From: the human T2T-CHM13v2.0 reference genome, Homo sapiens
Assembly (NCBI RefSeq): GCF_009914755.1
Contig: NC_060937.1
Strand: one strand, 5' to 3'
Length of the DNA stretch: 64,000 nucleotides
Part shown: positions 56,735 to 64,000 of the stretch, piece after piece
Position numbering within the stretch: position 1 is the first letter of the stretch
Layout of the letters: each line of letters begins with the position of its first letter
Position numbers and translations under genes: made by a program
The notes under the pieces: model-generated
The model's input: the letters and a program-made list of their open reading frames with translations, nothing else
Databases searched by the model: none
Told to the model about the DNA's origin: nothing

Positions 56735-57452
56735 TACTCATTACGATGGCTAGTAACAAGGAACAGGAAATAACAAGAGTTGGTGAGGATGTGGAAAAAT
56801 TGAAACACTTGTGTATTGCTGGTGGAAATGGAAAATGTTGCAGCTGCTATGGCAAATGGAATGGTGGGTCTTCAACAAAAGTAAACATAGGATGATCATA
56901 TTATCTAGCAATTCCACTTCTGGGTATATACTTAACAAAACTGAAAGCAGAAACTGAAGCAGATATTTGTAACCCATTTTCATAGCAGCATTAGTGATAG
57001 TAGCCAAAACTGCAGAAGCAACAAAAGTGTCCATCAATGGATGAATGTTTAAACAAAATGTGGTATATACATAGCATGAAATATTATTTTGTCTTTAAAA
57101 GGAAATAAATTCTGTCACATACTACAAAGAGAGATGAGTCTTAAGGAAATGCTAGATGAGCCAAGTCAATCACGAAAGGACAAATATTCTATGATTTCAA
57201 TTATATGTGGTATTTAGTAAAATTCATAGCAAAAAAAGCAGAATGGTAATTGCTAATGCTGGGTAGAAAGGGAAATGGAGAGTTAGTGTTTAACAGATAT
57301 AGAATTGAAGTTGGAGAAGATGAAAAGTTCTGGAGATGGACGGTGGTGATGGTTGCATAACAATGTGAACATACTTAATGCCATAGAACTGTGCACTTAA
57401 AAATGCTTAAAATAGGACATTTTGTGATGTATATTTTACTACAATAAAAATA
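56735..57452 (+). mobile_element. L1MB 3' end
   Basis: 'ctagcaattccacttctgggtatata' and 'gatgaaaagttctggagatggacggtggtgatggttgcataacaatgtgaac', ending 'tactacaataaaaa'. Confidence 0.9.
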
Positions 57453-58896
57453 TTTTACTTTCAATCTGTATTTTGAGTTTTACTTTACCTTAAATGTGTC
57501 AATAATACTGTTCCTGTCACTATAAAAATATAATTTTCATTCCTTTAAATTTGGAAAATATATATGGTGGAGAATATTTTAATTAATTACACTTGAATGA
57601 TGATTATGAAAAATGTATGATATTGTATATTTGACTTCTGCAGCAATAGAGAAATAATCTTTCTGAAAACTGCATTGTGGTGTCCAAAGGGGAGTGATTT
57701 TTGTGGCCTCAATAAATAGGAGTTAATAAATTATCAAAAATAAAATACAAATAAATAATAATAATATATTTGTAATTGGGGAGATCAATATATTTCAGTA
57801 TATTCTATATGCCTTTTGCTTCAAGGAGCTTCTAAAATGGATCTTCAGAAGACGCACTCTACGAATATTTTTTATTAAAATTGTATTCATCATTTGTGCT
57901 CTCAGATCTAGAAATAGAATTCCAAGCATGCTATTCTTGCAGACTTCCAGGATGTGCTATCTATTCATTTGATTCTGCACCTACTGAAGGAAAGCCTTAA
58001 GAAAATGGAAATAGGTTTTTCAGAATCTTATTTCATTTGGTAATTTAAACACATATAGGTTTTGAACCTGTTATTTCTGCTCATTTCTCCCATATAAGAA
58101 TTTTTAGAGCAGTTACATTTCCAAAGATCTCTCAGACTTGTTGCAGTGATACAGAAACTGTAACAAAAATATGTTTAATTTTAATCTCTATTGTTTTTCA
58201 GTAAATAGCTAAGTTGCTCCTTAGTGAAAATTGTCACTTTTCTTGGCCGAAAAGAGAAAACAAACTATTAAAAGACTACAAACAGAGACCATCACTTTCT
58301 TACTATATAATTCATAACTCCAATATACCATCATCACTTTCAGACATTTCAGTTAGAATCTTCATTGCTTAATGTCTATCAGCATTTTGCCATTTATATT
58401 ATTTTTACCATGAAAATATTTTTTATGGGTTACAAATAAAAATTGTCTTTTTTCAGATTTAATCTTTTTCATTTGCTTAAATTACTCTTCACTGAGTGGA
58501 ATATTTCCATCAATAAGGGAGAAAAATTATGCTTTATAGTTATATAATAGAAAGATCCTACTGTACATATCTATTGGCTGTCACATATGGCCATACAATT
58601 GTTGTTTTATATGATCCAAGGATACACTTAATATACCAATTTTCTCAACTCATTATTCCCATCTTTAAATTACTAGTACTTACAAAATATACCCATCTTG
58701 GCAAAAGAAGGTATTTGATTATTTTTAGTATTTAGAACGTTTTTTCATAAAAATATTTAGTTAAAAAATAGATATAATTGAACAGTCTAGCCATTTTAAA
58801 AGAATGATTAAGAAAAGACAAGATCCAAATGGTAGGATAGAAAGTATAACGACTTACCCTCAATTATAACAGAGTTGATTTGCAATGTAAAGAAAA

Positions 58897-58920
58897 GTGT
58901 GTGTGTGTGTGTGTGTGTGT
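58897..58920. repeat. (GT)12 microsatellite
   Basis: Direct reading. Confidence 0.95.
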
Positions 58921-59639
58921 AGGAGAGAAACAGAAAGAGGGAGACCTGGGGAGAGAGAACAGGGCATGGACAGTGAGGAAAGGTGTATGGAGAACTGTAG
59001 TCTCTCTGTAGATTAATACTGGACAGGATTTGGGAGATTTAACTTGAAAAGATCTGGTGGAGGTGGAAGTGCTACTGGCTGGAAAGAGCCAAGGGCTAAG
59101 GGACATTTGAGGAATCGAGAGGAACTTTCACAAGATGATATGAAAATACAAGTATATCAGATTAACTTCCATTATTTTTGCCGGGGCTATGTACAAACTA
59201 TTGGAGATAAATATACATCTAAAATTTGAATTTCAGTTCATGTATTTGATCAATTCAAGGAATGTTACCATGGGGATGGAGAGGCACTTTTTAAGTGAAA
59301 GTAAAACAGTATTTTTTGCTGCAGTCTATTTTTTTTCCAGTCTTCCTCCCTCATGTGTACTTGGGTTCCGTCATTTGTTCCAGACCAATTTCATGTCACA
59401 ATCCCGCTTGGGTTTAAGGTGTAGCTGAGTCTTAATTACAGCTTAGTTCCTACCAAAATAGCATATGATAAAGCTTAAACATCGACCATGATATTTCATT
59501 TTTTATGGGAGACTCAACTCTAGTATGATGGATATTTCTCATTAGTGTATCTCATTGGTTTAGTGCTCCCATTAAGAAGTTCCTACACTGTTGTCAATTG
59601 CAGGTATCTATTCTCTTTTAATTTCATTTATTATCATAT

Positions 59640-60335
59640 AAATTATAGTTATTCATTGAAAAATAGAACATAAATAGAAACAAAAAGAATTTAAAATATT
59701 AACCCCATCTTACTACCAAGAAAAAAAATCTATCATTTTCAAGGCTGTTTTCATGTCTATGTTTGAGTGCCTTGTGCTATAAATGCATTGACAAAATACA
59801 GCCATAATTTGTATACTATTTTATACATAATGTTTTAATTAAATGATAGTATATCATGTCTACCCTATATCCTTTATATAAATACATTTAACTTTATAAT
59901 ATATTTTGATATTGAGATGGCATATAATATCTTGGGTTCACCAAACTTTTCTAAATCCATGTTATTGTTGAGTATTGTTATTGTTGAGCATTATTTTGTA
60001 AATATTTTATTTTTATAAGAAATAACATGATTATTTCTTACAAAAATAAAAGTTTTAACTAATCCAGAGACTTAAGATATATATATATATCTTTATATAT
60101 ATATATATATCTTAAGAGATATATGTATCTCTTAAGAGATATATGTATATATCTTTATTTCCTAAGAAAAAAATTGTAGATGAATTTCTGAGGCAAAAGC
60201 TATGTAGCACTTAATGCATTTTATTCATGTTCTCAAAGTTTTCATTAGCAAACATAGATGCATTTACAAATCCCACAAGCAGTGTTTGAGTGTAACTGTC
60301 CTTTACACTTGGTTGTCATCTTTGAATAAATACGT
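59640..60335 (-). mobile_element. L1ME-type 3' remnant containing a TA-rich palindromic insert
   Basis: 'tttacaaatcccacaagcagtgtttgagtgtaactgtc' and 'tttatttcctaagaaaaaaattgtagatgaatttctgagg'. Confidence 0.6.
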
Positions 60336-62080
60336 TTTTAATTTCTTGAGCTACAACAGATACCTTGGAAGGTGTGAATAATTGAGGCAAGTTCTGCCTC
60401 ACGCTTGTTGGCTTAAATAATTGTGGCAACACTCCAGCTTTGTTTGTATTAGAGAAATAATGTGATTTTTTTATTGGTTAATATTTTACAAGGCTGAGTG
60501 AGATTATCCCAAAACACGTAAAAGCATTTCTTAGAAAATACAAGGTCTTCAAGATGTTGTATTTAGCTATCTCAGTGGATGGTACTGATATACTCTATGC
60601 CAGAGGGCAGTGTAGTAATTACTTTATTATACATCTATGGAACAAAATGTGGTATGCTAGAAAAGAACACCCAAATTTCCCAGAGTATTTAATGCAAAAT
60701 AATTATTTCTATTCATTAATTCAAGTTAATTTCTACATATTAATGTTTTCACTAGTAATTATTTTTAACTTTCAAAGAAATAGTAAATCCATGATGGCAC
60801 AGCTCATTTTTCTAGCTTGGTTTTTGAATAACTTATTTTTAACAATCATCTTGTAAAAAAGAGCATTTGATTTATTTTAAAATTTGGAAAGCTAGATAGT
60901 TTCTAAATTGCTTAAATTATTTCATATAATAAGAACTAGTCTTAGAAAAGAGGTTACTTCCTCAAAACTACAAAAATGAGCATATTTCACACACATAAAA
61001 TAATGTATAGATCATTGAGCTAGTTGTTTGTGATACTTGCTTGGAAAATGCAAAAATGAAATGGTCAATTTAAAGAGATATCATAAAATATATGAGCAAA
61101 ATCATGGAAGATTAAACATTCATAATAGGACATACTGTGGCCCACTCATGCTCATGCAGGCATTCACCCAACTGTTGTTCTCACGTCTGTCACATAGGAT
61201 TGTGATGCTCATCATGGCACTGTTTTCCACGAATAGGACCATGATGAGATGCAAGGATAGCGAACTAATTACAGGCATGGTCTGTCCTTTGAGTAATGAC
61301 TCTATCTCCAGCCTCCAGTGTCTGTCACTATTTGTGGGCACTGTCTCTTAGTCTTGACAGGCCAAACATAACTTTTACTCAAAAAGACCTGCACCACCTC
61401 TCATTTTTAGAATGCTGGCACCTAAAATTTATCAATTTCTGTCATCTCTGAAGTATCAACAGGGGTAGTATCATGTTTTTTTATTATTCTATTTAATGAT
61501 GTTAATGTTGAATGCGAAACAACAGCAATTAAAACAAAGGGGGAAGCCGTATGATTATTTTAATTAAAATTAGACTATTTTGCAACTTTATTTTTACTCA
61601 TATAACAATTTATTCAACATTTGTTCATTTCAGGGAGATACACAGGAAATAACCTGGCAGTAAAGACGCCCACATTTCTTATTTATTCATCAGTTTACAC
61701 TGTCACACATGCCCCTCCAGAGCTCTCAATCATAACTGATCAACACTTGCCAATGTAATACTACCTGTCATTTGAAATGAACATTCCTAAGGAACTGTTT
61801 TTTTCTTTGTAACTATACTCAAATAAAACTTTCACTTGAGAAACAGAACTGTATTCCTGTGTTATGACTTATTGGCAATGAGATGCTATGGGTCATACAA
61901 AGCAGGATTCTATAATGTGAAACAGGTAATGTTTCATGTGATCCCCCATATATTAAATGGACAATAATCTATACAATGTCAAATGTCTTCAATACATAAT
62001 GTTCCATAAAAATTCAACTGAAATGGCTTAGATTTAGTATGAAATGTAAGAAATAAATATATCTTAAACTGTCTGCATTA

Positions 62081-62406
<326 letters not shown>

Positions 62407-64000
62407 AACTGTCTGCATTAAACAACTTATTTTTCAATGATATAAATGATTAAACTCTGAGTATTCCTTTAGGGCACTGTCTTTTGGCCTTTTGTAGTCT
62501 CTGCAGTACCAAACTGAAACTCTTCTAACATGAACACTTTTTTTCCACCAGCACTACTAGTCCTGTTACCCTGAAAATCTTCTTCACCCTCATAAGGATT
62601 CAAGAGCCAATTTCTTGAGCCAAGTGACAGGACAGCTAAAGAGTACTAAGGAAATATTAAATTGGATGATTTTTTTCTCATTGGCTAGACTGTAAGTATT
62701 CTGATCTAGAGATGAATTTACAGATTAGTCACTACATTTGGTGACAAAATCACTGGGCATAAATACTTAGTGATTTGCCAAGAAATAACTATAAATTACT
62801 TTTGCAGTATAAAACATTTAGGTCAAGCTTGGATAATGAAACTTTTATCTCAAATTCTAATCTTTGCTCCATCAACTGATAACCTCCATGTTCCATGTTC
62901 TAAGCATAAACGAGAAATACTAAAAAGCATTTTCTTAGTAACTCATCAAAATCTTTTCTATGTGATGGAATTAATTAAAATTTCAACATGTGTTCTTGTA
63001 ATCTTGTAATCTTCAATAATCCTGGAGGGCTATGTCCAATAAAAGGGTTAGAGGGTATAGTTCAATAGATTTTATATAGCATCTGATAAAATATCTCAAA
63101 ATATATAGGTAGCAATATTACTAAATGGAGCTAATTCAGTATTTCATGCTATCGATGTACTCACTTACATATATGGATTTGTTATTCTCTGCTCTGCATG
63201 TTATAAATGCTTTAGTATAGAGTTTTAACTACTCCAGAGACTTGAAAATTGGCAGAGGTTGCTGCAATAAAGTTAGTCTTAAAATAACTGAAACTTCACA
63301 GCTGCCCAAAATATACTGTTGTAAAACTATCATCAGGACTTAGAAGGGACTTACTGTCAGATTGAAATTATTTGTAAAAGAGATATTGATGAGTCCATAA
63401 ATCTAAGTAAGCACTTCCGAAACTTGAATGAATTGTGCATTAAAAATTTATAGTGTGGTGATTTGAAGATCTTATTCTGTTTTAAGGGTTGTTATGTAAT
63501 TTTAAAGCATGTAACAATTTGAAAGTATAATATGGATCAAGTTAATGTCAGGACATCTTTTTCTGAGAAAGAGAAATAATTTAATACTTTGGTGTTATTT
63601 CCCAAAGTTGTATTTAAACTGTATGTACTAAAAGAGTGCTATCTTAATCCAATAGCACTTGTCTATTTCTAATATATATATTTTTCTCTCTGATCAATTT
63701 TCAAGTCTGTGCTATTTTCTTCATTTTTCCATTCTCTAGTTCTAATAAGAGACAAATAAAGGAATTACTAATCTTATCTCACAGAGATAATTCAGCTGTT
63801 GAAATAATTATAATATTTATATCACTTGGATAACAAAATGCAGTATAGAAAAATAGTCTAGTAGAAGGTTTAACAGATAAACTGGTCGATTGTGTTATAA
63901 TGAGCATTTAAGGCTGACAGAAAACAGGCGAGTAGATGAATCTAACATTTGCTATTTAGTAATTCTATGGATATATAACCTAATACAAACATGAAAGAAA

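Noticed and set aside
63020-63960. Possible L3/CR1 remnant
   Set aside because: The resemblance is too faint to support without a profile search.

Overview
This is a 64 kb AT-rich stretch of primate, very probably human, nuclear DNA: an AluYa5-type element is present. It looks like intergenic or deep-intronic sequence. I found no protein-coding exon, RNA gene, CpG island or CRISPR array that I can support, and I cannot identify the locus. Nearly all ORFs in the track are chance ORFs or Alu/L1/microsatellite translations. The one exception is a frameshifted class I ERV gag (capsid) fragment at about 1720-2430. The window is a mosaic of 13 Alu/FLAM copies, old L1 and L2 LINEs, MIRs, ERVL/MaLR/ERV1 LTRs, two Tigger3 DNA transposons and simple repeats. 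Subfamily names come from recalled consensus sequences and boundaries are approximate unless a TSD is quoted. I do not see evidence for a new biological system. The most unusual signals are rearrangement scars: a 150-bp near-identical dispersed direct duplication (50144-50293 / 53509-53658) that brackets a 102-bp tandem duplication and a tail-less Alu; an LTR-less gag fragment wedged between two unrelated L1 pieces; a twin-primed L1 carrying a patchwork insertion; and a very young AluYa5-type insertion. There are also a few candidate regulatory motif clusters.
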